DNA of 64,000 nucleotides from Felis catus. Taxonomy: Eukaryota. The position numbers were made by a program, and so were the translations under genes. How positions within the stretch are numbered: position 1 is the first letter of the stretch; every line of letters starts with the position of its first letter. Shown here piece by piece: positions 50,531-63,643 of this stretch. The DNA lies in NCBI RefSeq assembly GCF_018350175.1, contig NC_058368.1:104348001-104412000 (forward strand), in the 5' to 3' direction. The notes beneath the pieces are model-generated. The model did not search any database. It worked only from the letters and a program-made list of their open reading frames with translations, and had not been told where the DNA came from.

Positions 50531-52350
50531 GCAGGAAATGCCAAAAAGGTGATGATCTAAAAAGTGTATATGTACATACACGTATATATCCATGAAGCAA
50601 AAAATGAAGATAAAATCCATAAACAAAAATAAAAAATGATAATAAAATAAAATAAAAATCCATAAAGCAAAATTTAACCAAGTTCCCAATTTCCTTCCTG
50701 GTGATGCTCAGGCCATGTAAAAGGTAACCTACAATCCTTGATGACACTCTATGCAGAGGGTGGATGACTGGGGTAGGCTGGGCAGAGATGACATGGGCAA
50801 GGGTGATGAGCCTCCACATACAGTGCAGAGCAATTTGCTGGTTTCTGCTGCTAGTCTTACAATGGCTGGACCTTTCTTTTCAGGAATCTTTCTTTTAGGA
50901 TATAATGCTTGAGTCTTTTCTTTATGGAACCCATTTTAGGGGCATGATCAGAAATGCAAACAGGGAAGTATGCACAGTCCACACCCACACTTCTCTTTTA
51001 TATTCTCCAGTGTTCAAGTGGCACAGACAACTGCCCAGAAGTGGGGGAAAGATTAAGTAAACAGATCATACCCATTTCATGGATTATTAGTGGGGCCATT
51101 AACACTACTTTTATACTACAGGTGTACTGGCACTGGAAAATACAATATAAGGCTATAAGGCCGTATGAAAAAAAAGTAGGCTATACAAATACCTATCTAT
51201 AATTTCAACTACCAAAGGGAGAAAGATGCTATACCAACATGTGAACAGTGGTTTTCTCCAGGTAATAAGCAATTGTTGTTTCGTTTTTATTGTGCAGGCT
51301 TTTTTATTTTCCAAAATAAAATGTATTTTTATCATATTTAGACTAAAAAGGATAAACAAATAACATCCTAGAGCCCTCAAGAGGGGAAGCACATTAAACC
51401 ACCTTTGGAAAATGATAAACACAACAACCAAACGAGAGCAAGCCAATCCCAAACTCAAAAAGGCCTATGTCCTCATCATAAATAATCCAAAATCAACCAA
51501 GGCCACTTCCTTTCTTCTCTAGGTGCAGACATGACACTAGAGATATCCAGGGAAGGATATGCAACAACCCCTCTCCAAGGCAGCCTGCTCCAGGAAGCAG
51601 CTGGTTTAGTGGGAAGACCCCTGGGTCAGACCCCAGAGGCCCTGGGTGTTTTGCCTCGGACAGGCATGGGGACCCCACTGTATCATTTATATTCCCTCAG
51701 CTTTGCCTCTTCATCAGTAATACATGAGAACTAAATAGTCCTCAAGGAGCTCCTCAGGGCGTTGTCATTATAAAATGGAGTGGTACCTGTGCAAATACCC
51801 CCACGTACAAAGCACTACAGTGACGTAACACGGTCATCAATGGTCTCCAACACCAGGTTCATGAGCGAATCCTCCAGTGGCCCTTCCTCCCCCACTTTGG
51901 TGGCGGCCGCAGATGTCAACAGTGGAGAGACGAAATGACCCAGACAGGATACTCTCTCTTCCCTGCCCCCCCACATAAATACAATGTGCCTAAATTAACA
52001 TTTGGTTAGCTTGTTTCTTTTTAACCAGAGACATGCCAATTTAGATGAAAAATCCATATACTTAACATGAGTCATATCCTTGCTAGAGAAGACAAATCTA
52101 TAAACAGGAGCTGTAATAATCAGCCAAACTTTCCTAAAGCATCATTTACATTCCTGTTTGGAATTTCTATATCCAAATTGCCTGCCCATCAATTGTATAT
52201 TTAAACCATGTGGCCTTAGGAGAACTGGTGGTATTTTCACTTGTTTCAGAAATGAGGAAACCAAAGCAAAGGGATTCTATGATTTTCCCAGCCCCCTGAA
52301 GTTCGTGGAAAAACTTGGTAGCTACATCTCTGACCTCAATTTCTTTAAGA

Positions 52351-52781
52351 TTTTTTTTTTAAGTTTTTATCTATTTTTGAGACAGAGAGAGAGCATGAAT
52401 GGCGGAGGGGCAGAGAGAGAGGGAGACACAGAATCAGAAGCAGGTTCCAGGCTCTGAGCCATCAGCCCAGAGCCCGACGCGGGGCTCAAACTCATGGACG
52501 GCGAGATCGTGACCTGAGCTGAAGTTGGACGCTTAACTGACTGAGCCACCCAGGCGCCCCTAAGATTTTTTTTTAAGTTTACTTATTTATTTTGAGAGAG
52601 ACAGAGACAGTGTGAGTGGGGGAGGAGCAGAGAGTGAGGCAGAGAGAGCATCCCAAGCAGGCTCTGCACTACCAGGGCAGAGCCTGACGCAGGGTTCAAA
52701 CCCACGAAACTTGAGATCATGACCAGAGCTGAAATTGTCCAAGAGTCGGATGCTTAACCAAGTGAGCCACCCAAGCTCCCC
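52351..52781 (-). mobile_element. Two tandem CAN-SINEs: 52351-52560 inserted in the tail of 52561-52781
   Basis: Inner duplication taagattttttttt; outer TSD tctctga(c/t)ctcaatttct. Confidence 0.92.
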
Positions 52782-54464
52782 TCTCTGATCTCAATTTCTC
52801 TGCCAGGCTCCCATAATTATTATTTAATACTGATGAAGTGTCTACATGATGCAAGGTGCCCTTAGTCATTCTGATAAGGAAGACTAGGGCAAGAGGAATA
52901 GAACTGAAAACTTTTTTTCCTCCTCCAAAGTTGGAGTTAACAAAGTTGGTGATTTCTCCAGTTATGACAAGTATATTCCACAAAAAACTTCAGAGTTTCC
53001 TAATACATTGAGTAGGACTGCATTTGCTTAACGGGAAAGTACATGCTCTTTTGATAAGACTCAAATTTTGAAACAAGAAGAATTCTTGGTATTTAATGCT
53101 TGGGCAAGACAGTGTGGAACAGCTACAAGATTTCATGATTAACTTTTATAATATGCAGTTGCAATGGCCATCATGGGCGCTGATGAGTTCCTCAGACTTT
53201 TTCAATTCACATTTTACTAAGAGGAGAGGAGAGCATAATTCTCAGCTCTGTTGATCTGATTCTATTGAACATTCCCCTCCTCTCCCCAAGTTGGGAGTTA
53301 ACGTAGAGGACACAACAGAGAAAATACGAAAAAAACTGAAAGCCGAGTCACTTTCCTTAGTATTCCCAAAGTCTCAGGCTGCAGATGAAACTTCTTTTCA
53401 TATCTGTGAGTCACCACATATTTTCCTGGGTATCACAACTCATTCACTTCCCTTTTTGTGCCATGATTTAATTTTTCCCCGTAGCACTTTCAAACTGTAG
53501 GCAAGAAAGTTCTGCGAGCTGTCCTACTGAATTATAGAAAATTAGAATCTGGTTTGGGGGAAATAACTTCATATGTGCATTACAATGAAGAAAATGTCAC
53601 AGTTCGTCAGTTTTTCAGAAGCCAAAATAAATAATTTTCCTTATTTCTTACAAACAAGGGGGAAAAATACAGTGATCTCCTTTGCTATTATAATCAGGTA
53701 TCTGGGGAGTAGGGGAGAAGTCTAAGATCGTCCTCTCTTTGAATAAAAGTGAATTCTGTGGATATATTAGTCACTAAAGATGCAAATGGCTCTTTTTCTT
53801 AGAAAACCTCATGAAAGTTGCCAGACGTTGCCCATTTTTTTGGATACTGTGTGATGATAACACAGGTACAAATTCCAATTAGTGTCCCGTTCTACAACAA
53901 ACAAAACCTTATGCCAGAGGTTGATTATAACAGGTGACCCTCAGCTGAAACTCTGTTATTATTAATTTTTCACAGACAACACCACCCTGTTGGGTATACC
54001 TTCCCTATTAGAGAAGGTTAGGACCAGCGTCTCACCTATATACCTCCCTGTCCCCCATGCCCTTTCTTTTTCACTTGAAAGGAAGGCTTCCCCAAATGGT
54101 ATCAACTGTTTAGCCAGGATAGACAAAAGGTCTCCAGAGTGGTTGAAATGAAAGAACACAAACTAGCAACTAGCACTCTCGTGGCTTCTACCTGTGTCTC
54201 CATTTCCTTCTGATCCCCTAACCTTACCTGTACCATTGTGCGAGTGACCACCTGCGGTACGACCACCTTTGGAACATGGGACAGTATTCAGAGATAAGAC
54301 GGCTCTAATGATCTTGGAAGAACTGGAAGATATCCTTGCTGGTGCTTTAAAAATAACGTATAATTATTTAAAAAGTCACTGTAATTTTAACAGCCAGAGA
54401 TTCTTCTGGACTAAAGGTACTTAAGCCCCATATAGGAGAACTGAATAGAAAGGGAATCCAAATA

Positions 54465-55134
54465 CCACTGGATTCCTATTATTCGAGGTTGTTACGTTCT
54501 GTAAATTGCTGTCAATGCTGAATTAGCCAATGCTGAACCATTGCTCCTAACAGAAACCCAGTGCTGGGTTCCTGCAAGGCTCTGGGCATAACATTTTCAT
54601 CAAGTGATAACCTTTCGTCACTACATAACCTTACTTTATGTGTGTTTCTGTTTAAAGATGCTTATTTAACATGTTTTGTTGATTCATTAACAGTGAACCC
54701 AGGGCCCACAATACTACAACCCATGCCTGAATTAAACTTATGTGACTCTTCTTCTTATAGAAGTTAGATAATGCAAGTTATCGAACTTCTGTTTTTCTCT
54801 GTAAGACCTATCGTAGCCTTCTGTGCTTGGGAACACTAGAAAGCACATCGGCATTTCTGCCATTTTAAAGAGCAAAATCACCAACAAAAAGCCCACACGG
54901 GCACAGTGGGAAAAGGACGCTTGTTTACATTATGAGATCTGAAAGAGCTGAGCGTCACCTTGCTCGACCTCAGCTGGGAACATGTGTGTCAGGTGACTCG
55001 AATTTTTTGCTACCCTGTGCGTGTCCGCAAATCACCGTGAAAGCACTGCAAGTATTGATTTTGGGGTTACAAATAAATTTTCACAAGTAGGTGAATTCTC
55101 AGTTGTGGAATCTGTGAATAATAAGGATTGAGTG
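54465..55134 (-). mobile_element. MER82-like TcMar-Tigger non-autonomous DNA transposon
   Basis: Minus strand reads ...aaaatttatttgtaaccccaaaatcaatact...gttcccagctgaggtcgagcaagg..., recognisable MER82 motifs, with degenerate terminal inverted repeats. Confidence 0.78.
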
Positions 55135-55411
55135 GAGAAGTTCTACTCCTTATCCATCAGCAGATCTTGCTTTATCTCTCTTTCTCCCTGACACTGATAT
55201 AGCTTCAATTAACCTGATCTTTGATGCTAAACATTGAGATATATATACATATATATGTATGCATATATATGGGTTTTTTTGTTTTTTTGGTTTTTTTTTT
55301 TTTTGCCAGATGGCCATTCTAATTGTAGTGCAGGTGTATATTATGTTTTATGCTTGTTTTTTTAAAAGTAAATCATTGTGAGAAGCTTTGCTTTTCAAAA
55401 ATTAATGAGCG

Positions 55412-55576
55412 TGGGGCACCCGGGTGGCTCAGCCGAGACCTACTTCGGCTCAGGTCATGATCTCATGACCCGTATCGGGCTCTCTGCTGTCAGAGCAGAG
55501 CCCACGTTGGATCCTCTGTCCCTCGGCCCCAGCCCGCTGGCGCTCCCTTTCTCAAAAATAAATAAATATAAAAACA
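55412..55576 (+). mobile_element. CAN-SINE with internal deletions
   Basis: TSD aaattaatgagc. Confidence 0.88.
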
Positions 55577-55940
55577 AATTAATGAGCATCATTAGGAGTG
55601 ATGGAAAGTGTAAAACCCCTCAGTTCACAAAATCCCCTCCAATTTTCTATTGTAGAAAGAACACAGCGTTGAGACCACATTATCACTGAACAGACAGAGA
55701 TGTTAACTACCGTTGGTGCCTTACAACTGACTCTGGTTCAGCAAAGTTATGTTCAGAGTTTCACAGAAAACTGATAAACAATTACTAAGTACTGTGGGAA
55801 GAGAGAGATCCTCAAGTATAAGTGTGGAAAACGAGGCCTCAGTCCTTTAAAGCCCCTCGTGCCGAGCCGCCTTTCAGGAGCTTCCTACCACTGTGGGTGA
55901 GATTAGAAGTTCAAACCTAGTTTTTAAAAACGTTGTTGCC

Positions 55941-56160
55941 GGGGCGCCTGGGTGGCGCAGTCGGTTAAGCGTCCGACTTCAGCCAGGTCACGATCTCGCG
56001 CTCCGTGAGTTCGAGCCCCGCATCGGGCTCTGGGCTGATGGCTCGGAGCCTGGAGCCTGTTTCCGATTCTGTGTCTCCCTCTCTCTCTGCCCCTCCCCCG
56101 TTCATGCTCTGTCTCTCTCTGTCCCAAAAATAAAAAAAAAAATTAAAAAAAAAAAACCAA
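55941..56160 (+). mobile_element. Young SINEC_Fc
   Basis: Perfect TSD aaaaacgttgttgcc; CpG-rich. Confidence 0.96.
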
Positions 56161-56221
56161 AAAAACGTTGTTGCCTTCTCTCAACTGTGGGGGAAAACGT
56201 TGACATCAGCCACCCAACAGG

Positions 56222-56309
56222 GAAGTGTAATAAATAGGAACAAAAGAAAAAAAGAGAAACAGAAAAAAGAAGTGTAATAAATAGGAAAAGAAGAAAAAAA
56301 GAGAAACAG
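56222..56309. repeat. Two-copy tandem duplication (about 41-nt unit, 47-nt period)
   Basis: gaagtgtaataaatagga...aaaaaaagagaaacag at 56222-56262 and 56269-56309. Confidence 0.85.
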
Positions 56310-56944
56310 GTGGGAAAATTCACACTCGTTAGAAACAGTTCTCAGAACTGTGCTTGGTTTTTTAAAACTGAAGCCAAAGCATGTGTTATGTATGTGACAG
56401 TAGCGTCCCTTAGAGTATAGTCTGAATAAGGCAGGACTGAGGTCCAGCGTAACATTAAAGGAAGATTCTGGCAGAGGCACTGTTTGCACTTGGGCCCTGA
56501 TCCCAGAAAAGCACACTCCTTCATTCATGTGTTGGTTTATCGGTGACGGCTTCAGGGAAGCGCCTGGGGGGTCCTTCTGCTGGTGGCGCTGTTGGCAGTC
56601 ACCCGGACCCCGCACCACCATTGTTCGCACCCAGCCTGTGGAAGAGGTCTGGGAAGGAAATGAGAGTCAGGTCCTCTAAGGGGTCAGCGTGCAGTGACGG
56701 TATCTTATAACAACGTTATCATCATGTTAGCTGATCTACACGGCCCTGTGCAATGTTGGCCACCATTGCTGGTTTAGAGAATCATGGTGCTGAGACTCAA
56801 GGTTGGGGTCTTCCTGCCTTGTATTTCTTATCTAAAACTAACTTCATTTCCCCATGACAGCTTATCTTAGACACCGAAAGGAAGCCTTCTTGAGCATTTG
56901 GAGCTATTTAATCACACTGTGGCTTTTGAAAAAATGGCATCACA

Positions 56945-57160
56945 GGAGCACCTGGGTGGCGCAGTTGAGCGTCTGACTTGATTTAGGCTCAGGTTATGAT
57001 CTCAGGGTCATGGGATTGAGCCTCACATCTGCTCCATGCCGAGAGCGGGGAGGCTGTTGGGGATTATCTCTCTCCCTCTCTCTCTGCCCCTTCCCCGCTT
57101 GTGTGCACAGGCACGTGTGTGTACGCGCTCTCTGTCAAAATACATAAACATTAAAAAAAA
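56945..57160 (+). mobile_element. CAN-SINE (older)
   Basis: ggagcacctgggtggcgcag head, A-tail. Confidence 0.88.
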
Positions 57161-57278
57161 GGTTATCACAGCACAGTTTTTACCACTCCCTGTGTGGTTT
57201 GATAAACAGTCAAAACCTTGAATCTCAATAGGGGAGGGGATAGCAACTTTTTAGGAGACCTACTAGTTATTTTAGGAC

Positions 57279-57600
57279 CGAAGTCAGCAAACCTTTTCTG
57301 TAAAGAGCCAGACAGGAAATATTTTAGGCTTCGCAGGCAGGCCCTATGATCTCTGTTACAAAGACTCAACTCCGCCATTGTAGTGTGAAAAAGGCCACAG
57401 GCAATATTAGCTACATTGCCTGGCTATAAAAAACTTCAAATAAAACTTCATTCCCGGAAAATAAAATTTGAATTTCATGTAATTTTCACACATCACAAAA
57501 TACTAATCTTTGTTTTACTTTTGTAATGTAATTTTAAGAATATAAAGACCATGCTCTTGGTTCAAAAGCAAACACGGGCCCTGCCCTAAAGGGGTGTGCC
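57279..57600 (+). mobile_element. MER58(B)-like hAT-Charlie DNA transposon relic
   Basis: gtcagcaaaccttttctgtaaagagccagacaggaaatattttaggctt...actcaactccgccattgtagtgtgaaa...tttgaatttcatgtaattttcac motifs. Confidence 0.75.
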
Positions 57601-57670
57601 ATCTAAAGTGAGGACTGTAGACACAGACATAGAAAGAAAACACAGAAAGAACTATATACCGCACAGGCTC

Positions 57671-57860
57671 TTTATTTATTTTTGAGAAAGAGACAGAGAG
57701 AGCCCAGGAGGGGCAGAGAGAGAGGGCGAGAATTCCAAGCAAGCTTCACACTGTCAGTGCAGAGTCTGACGCGGGACTCGTACTCACGAAACGTTGAGAT
57801 CATGACCTGAGCCGAAATCAAGAGTCAGGTGCTCAACCGACTGAGTCACCCAGGCACCCC
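57671..57860 (-). mobile_element. CAN-SINE
   Basis: Typical head and (GA)n; no clear TSD. Confidence 0.9.
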
Positions 57861-58707
57861 AAGACTTTTTTCTTTTTCTGTTTTTTTTTAACATGTTTTG
57901 CAACTTCCTCAGAAACACACTGAGCTCAAACGCCCAGTGGAAATGTATCTCTGCTTGTACTAATGCACTACTCCATTGCAAGGTTTTCTTTTCCTATGAT
58001 CGACATCAATAAAGCATGAGAAAGTACCTCAGTGTCTTACAGAAGAGACAAAAAAAAAAAAACACACTGTAATGGAAGTTAGAAAAATAATATTGAGGGT
58101 GCACTATGGAACAAGCCCAGCTGTAAGCATTTGGCATGGATTATCCAACTTAATCTTCATAGCAGTCCTCTGAGGGTTGATTAGTAGTAGCAGGAAATGA
58201 TGGCACAAAAAGGTTACAAGACCAAGGTCACACAGCCAAGGGGTGGAACAGAATCTGAACCTAGGTATCCAATTCTTTAAACCTCACTCTTTTTTTTTTT
58301 TTAATTTAAAACCAAGTTAGGTAACATACAGCATAATAATGATTTCAGGAAGAGAATTTAGTGATTCATCACTTATGTAGAACACCCAGTGCTCATCCCA
58401 ACAAGTGTCCTCCTTAATGCCCCTCACCCCTTTAGCCCTTCCCCCACCCAACACCCCACCAGCAACCCTGTTTGTTCTCTGTATTTAAGAGTCTCTTATG
58501 GTTTGCTTCTCTCTCTGTTTTTATCTTATTTTTGCTTCCCTTCCCATATGTTCATCTGTTTTGTATCTTAAATTCCACATGAGTGAAATCATATGATATT
58601 TGTCTTTCTCTGAATGACTTATTTTGCATACATAATACAATCCAGTTCCATCCACGTTGTTGAAGATGGCAAGGTTTCACTCTTTTTGATCGCTGAGTAA
58701 TATTACA

Positions 58708-58803
58708 TTATATATATATGTATATATACACATATACATATACATATACATATATATATATACATATATATGTATATATACATACATGTACACACACACA
58801 CAT
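58708..58803. repeat. (TA/CA)n microsatellite expanded inside L1
   Basis: Direct inspection. Confidence 0.9.
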
Positions 58804-58979
58804 ACCACATCTTCTTCATCCATTCATCTGTTGATGGACATTTGGGCTCTTTCCATACTTTGGCTATTGTCGATAGTGATGCTATAAACACGGGGGTGCA
58901 TGTGCCCCTTTGAATTTATCTTTTTGATAAATACCTAGTAGTGCAATTGCTGGATCATAGGATAGTTCTACTTTTAATT

Positions 58980-59175
58980 TAAAAATTTTTTTTATGTTTA
59001 TTTTTGAGAGAGAGGGACAGAGTGTGAGCTGAGGAGGGCAGAGAGAGAGGGAGACACAGATTCTAAAGTAGGCTCCAGCTCTGAGCTGTCAATGCAGGGC
59101 TCAAACCCACGAAGGGTGAGATCATGACCTGAGCCAAAGTTGGACACTCAACTGACTGAGCCACCCAGGCACCCC
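58980..59175 (-). mobile_element. CAN-SINE nested in L1
   Basis: TSD cta(c/t)ttttaattt made of L1 sequence. Confidence 0.92.
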
Positions 59176-59507
59176 TATTTTTAATTTTTTGAGGAACCTC
59201 CACACTGTTTTACAGAGTGATTGCACCGGTTTGCATTGCCACCAACAATGCAAAAGAGATCCTCTTTCTCCGCATCCTTGCCAATATCTGTTGTTGCCTG
59301 AGTTGTTGATGTGAGCCATTCTGACAGGTGTGAGGTGGTATCTCATGGTGGTTTTGACTTGTATTTCCCTGATGAGGAGTGATGTTGAGCATCTTTTTCA
59401 TGTGTCTGTTGGCCATCTGGATGTCTTCTTTGGAAAAGTGTCTATTCAAGTCTTTTGTCCATTTCTTCACTGGATTATTTGTTTTTTGGGTGTTGAGTTT
59501 GTAAGGG

Positions 59508-59731
59508 TTTTTTTTTGTTTTTTTTTTTTCTTTTACTGTTTGTTTACTTTTGAGTGAGAGACAGAGCGCGAGTTGGGGAGGGGCAGAGAGAGATGGAGAC
59601 AGAATCTGAAGCAGGCTCCAGACTCTGAGATGTCAGCAGAAAGCCCGATACGGGGCTTGAACCCACAAACTGTGAGATCATGACCCGAGCCAGAGTCAAA
59701 TGCTTAACTGACTGAGCCACCCAGGTGCCCC
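59508..59731 (-). mobile_element. CAN-SINE nested in L1
   Basis: TSD tgagtttgtaag made of L1 sequence. Confidence 0.92.
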
Positions 59732-60839
59732 TGAGTTTGTAAGTTCTTTATAGATTTTGGACACTAACCCTGTATCTGATATGTCATTTGCAAATACCTT
59801 CTCCCATTCCATCGGTTGCTTTTTAGTTTTGCTGATTGTTTCCTTTGCTGTGCAGAAGCTTTTTATTTTGATGAGATCCCAATTGTTCATTTCTGCTTTT
59901 GTTTCCCTTGCCTCTGGAGACATGTCAAGTAAGAAGTTGCTGTGGCCGAGGTCAAAGAGGTTGTTGCCTGTTTTCTCCTCTAGGATTTGGATGGCTTCCT
60001 GTCTTATGTTTAGGTCTTTCATCCATTTTGAGTTTATTTTTATGTATGGTGTAAGAAGGTGGTCCAAGTTCATTCTTCTGCATGGCGCTGTCCAGTTTTC
60101 CCAACAGTATTTGCCAAAGAAACGGTCTTTTTTCCGTTGGATATTCTTTCCTGCTTTGTCAAAGATTAGTTGGCCATATGTTTGTGGGTCCATTTCTGGG
60201 TTCTCCGTTCTGTTCCATTGGTCTGAGGGTCTGTTCTTGTGCCAGCACCATACTGTCTTGATGATTACAGCTTTGTAATACAGCTTGAAGTCTGGGATTG
60301 TAATGCCTCCAGCTTTGGTTTTATTTCTCAGGATTGCCTTATTTAAGCCCCACTCTTAAGTGCTCACAATCCCATCTCTCACTGCTGAGGGGTCTTGTCA
60401 CCAATGGCTCTGTCACTCACTTGGTATTCCTTTCCCAAGATACTGTGTCATGTGTGGCTGGCCTGTGTGCACACGTGCACAGGCACAACATTCCTCACAC
60501 CTGGGCAGTGCTTGCTCTTCCTTGCACCATTATCCTCTCTGCTTCAATCTCTGCATTTGCCCAAATGTCTATTTTCTCACGACAAGCAGGGACGTCGATG
60601 TGGGAAGCCACCCTGAACAGTAAATGGATGTGGGGCTAAAACTCAAGAAAAACTTTGTTCTAGCTCAGGTGTGAACTGTGTAATCCTGTGTAGATCACTA
60701 TACCTTTGGGGAGATGGTTTCTTCATCGACTAAATAACACCCCTCCTCCTTACTTTTCTGTGAAAACAATCACATGACGCAGTGTGTGTGGAAATATGGT
60801 ATAGTCTGTAAGGAAGCAGTGATTGTTGGTTACTCTTAT

Positions 60840-61040
60840 TATTTTTTCTAAGTGTTTATTTTTTGAGACAGCACAAGTGGGAGTGGGAGAGGGGAAGAGA
60901 GAGAGGGAGACGGGGGATCCGAAGCAGTCTCTGGGCTGACAGCAGTGAGCCCAGTGTGGGGCTCAAACTCAACAAACTGCAAGATCACACCATGAGGGGA
61001 AGTCAGATGCTCAACCAACTGAGCCACCCAGGCACCCCCC
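60840..61040 (-). mobile_element. CAN-SINE
   Basis: TSD tgttggtta. Confidence 0.9.
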
Positions 61041-63643
61041 TGTTGGTTATTATTTTTATTACACCCGGCCTTTACCCTTTCCTCTCCCATTCCTTCCTTA
61101 CTCATTGGGAAGAAGCAACACATTTCACTATCTCAATATGTCTCAAACACCAGCCCATTATCTTGCCCTTGCCTGCCCTTCTTATTCACCGAGGAGATAT
61201 ACAATGGTCAGCAAGACAGAGATGATCCTTGCCTTCCCCCAGGTCAGAGAGGATAAGACAGACATCCAGCGGTATGCGCTGGAACCCGTTTGCACAATCC
61301 CACTGATGCCTTTCCAAGTTCACATTCAGTGAAGCCATGTTGATGGCTTCAAATTGGCAAGTGTGGAAGTATTTACACCAAGGAAATGGGCAAATGCTAA
61401 ATCACCCCCCCTCCCCCCGCCCGCCGCCCCCTATTCCCCAGAGAGCTGGTTGCTGGACATTTACCAGCACACCCCTGGAGATAGAAACATTTGCAACAGG
61501 GCAGAGAAAAATACACCGTGGTCTGCACGTTCACAGGGAGGCACTTATCACGACTGTGGAGGGTGGGGGTGGGGTGGGCACAGGTCCCAGAGGAAATGAG
61601 GTTTAAACTGACACCTAGATAAGGTCTAAATAAGAGGAGCAAACCAAGCAAAGGGAGAAGAGAGTTCCAGGAAGTCCTAGAGTGTCAGCCCAGCTGAAGG
61701 AAGTTCCTTCGGGCTGTAGTGCAGAGGGAGGAAGGAGGAAAGGAGTAAAATGAAGCTACAGAGGTTAAAAAGTTCAACCCGACCCTGCGGGTAATGAGTG
61801 GTTACCAGTGGGCTTTGAGCAGGTAGGGTCAAGGTTACGAGCGGGTTCAGAGTCAGAGCGATCGCCTTTGAAATCTGGCTTTCCCAGCTGGCACCTCCAG
61901 CTTCTTCCGTCAGCTGAGGCTCATCTGTACAATGAGGGTCGTTGCAGTACTCAGACCTCCTGGTGGTGATTGTGAAGCCGCAGGGAAAGCGTGCAACACC
62001 TGCCTGGCTCCTCAGAGTTGCCGGGCAGACATTCAAGCACAGACTAGCCAACCGCAGAGCAGAGGCGCACGTTCTCCTGGGAGGACCTGTTTCTGCAGCC
62101 CCTGCCCACCTTCAAACACCGGTATTCTGCTAGTCGGGGACGGTGTTTCTCGTCCTCTGGGGGGTGACTTACTGGTGGCTTGTGAAATCCACAAGTGTCT
62201 TGGGCAGCACTTAAGGAAGACACAGAATTAAATGGAATTAGGCAAAAAACAAGGGCTGGCGTCCTTTGTACTTTGCAAGGTAAGTTCTGTCTCGTGTTTG
62301 GGTGTGCTGGATTGCCATGTAAAACTGATCCCTGAGGGCTACAGTTAAAAAAAAAAAATTAAAAAGTGTGAAAGCTGCTCTTAATCAGGAAGCTTCCTGA
62401 GCTCTGGGGGCTGGATGACGAGAGGGTGAGGCAAGCGGGGCCAGCCTGGCTTTCCCCTCTCCTAGAGATCGTTAATGTCTCCGGTAGGGGATTTATTCCC
62501 CCAGGTCTCCAAGGCTTTTTAGCTTCCAGTAAAAATTGATGCTCCCTGCACCAGGTAGGACCCTAGGCTTTATCTCCTGATGAGAAGCCAGAGTAACTGA
62601 CAGCCCATGAAAGTGACCCTTAAAGCCAAGAGCCAGGGAGGGAGACCATATCTTCTTAGTGGGGGTGGTTGCTTGTTTGGGAGGCAAAAGGAGGGCTACT
62701 AAGCACCTCCGACGACGGCCCCATTAGTAATCGCAACCCCACCGTGAGTCCAAGTCAATAACTAAAACCAACCAAGACAAGTCACTGCCCACTGGCTTAG
62801 TGCATTGAAGGAACTCATGCATGGAACTGACATTTAGTTTGGTGTGTCCCAGAAAGATAATTCTATATATGAATAGATTTTAGAATAATTTGCTTTCATC
62901 ATATGTCAAAACATATCCAGTTTGCCCTTTGGAGTTGCAGAAACCATTTGGCATTTCTTTTTTCCTCTGCAGTTTTAAAAAATGGAAAGTAATGGCAGAT
63001 GCCTGGTCAGTGTTTGGGAGAAACAAATGCCCTACCGCAAGACGATCTGGTTTCCTCGAGTCCTCAGGGCTCATTCCCCAGGCATGGGCAATTGGCACTA
63101 GATTAGCTGCCCACATTTATTGACAAAGGAATTAATCTTCACCAGTGGTGTTTTTTTAAAGCCCATTCTTTCCAGGAAGCTGCAGCAGAACATCGGGCCT
63201 CCTTCATTTTTCCCTTTCTTCCTTTCCCTGCTGACAAAAGTGGCTAAAAATAACCTCGTAAACCCTTGATTCCACTGAGGAAGGTGAGGGAGCAAAAGAA
63301 CAAAAGAATGTCTTTTCCCCAGTGCAGGCCGCCCAGTGCCCAGTTCAGGCATCAAGTGAAAACACAGACATCAGGAGATTGCCTCTTAGACGGGTTGAGG
63401 AGGGTGTGTGTGTGGGGGGGGGGGGGGGGTGGGGAGTGGGGAGGGGAGGCATGAACAATGTGAGGACAGTTACCCTGACATGACAACTGTGTATTTGGTC
63501 AGACAAAACATCTCCATCCATGATCTCTAGGTATGCAGCACCCGCCTTAACTGCATTTTCCTACTATGCTTCTCACTTAACAAAATCATCTTCTGGGGGA
63601 GGGAGAAAGCAGTATACGCTTCCTAAGTCAATAAACCAATGCT

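Larger units (their letters stand above)
58292..60341 (-). mobile_element. 5'-truncated carnivore L1 (about 2 kb), degenerate, interrupted by two SINEs and a (TA)n-rich tract
   Basis: ORF2 fragments ([14 protein letters not shown]..., [11 protein letters not shown]..., WKEPKCPSTDEW); polyT at the left end; candidate TSD tttaaacctcactctt (58276-58291) and tttaagccccactctt (60342-60357). Confidence 0.93.

Noticed and set aside
59696..60278. 165-aa and 173-aa ORFs
   Set aside because: An L1 ORF2 remnant running into a SINE, and its antisense frame; not host genes.
62278..62286. Consensus plus-strand donor AAG|GTAAGT suggesting an antisense exon
   Set aside because: About one such match is expected by chance in 64 kb and no supporting exon structure was found.
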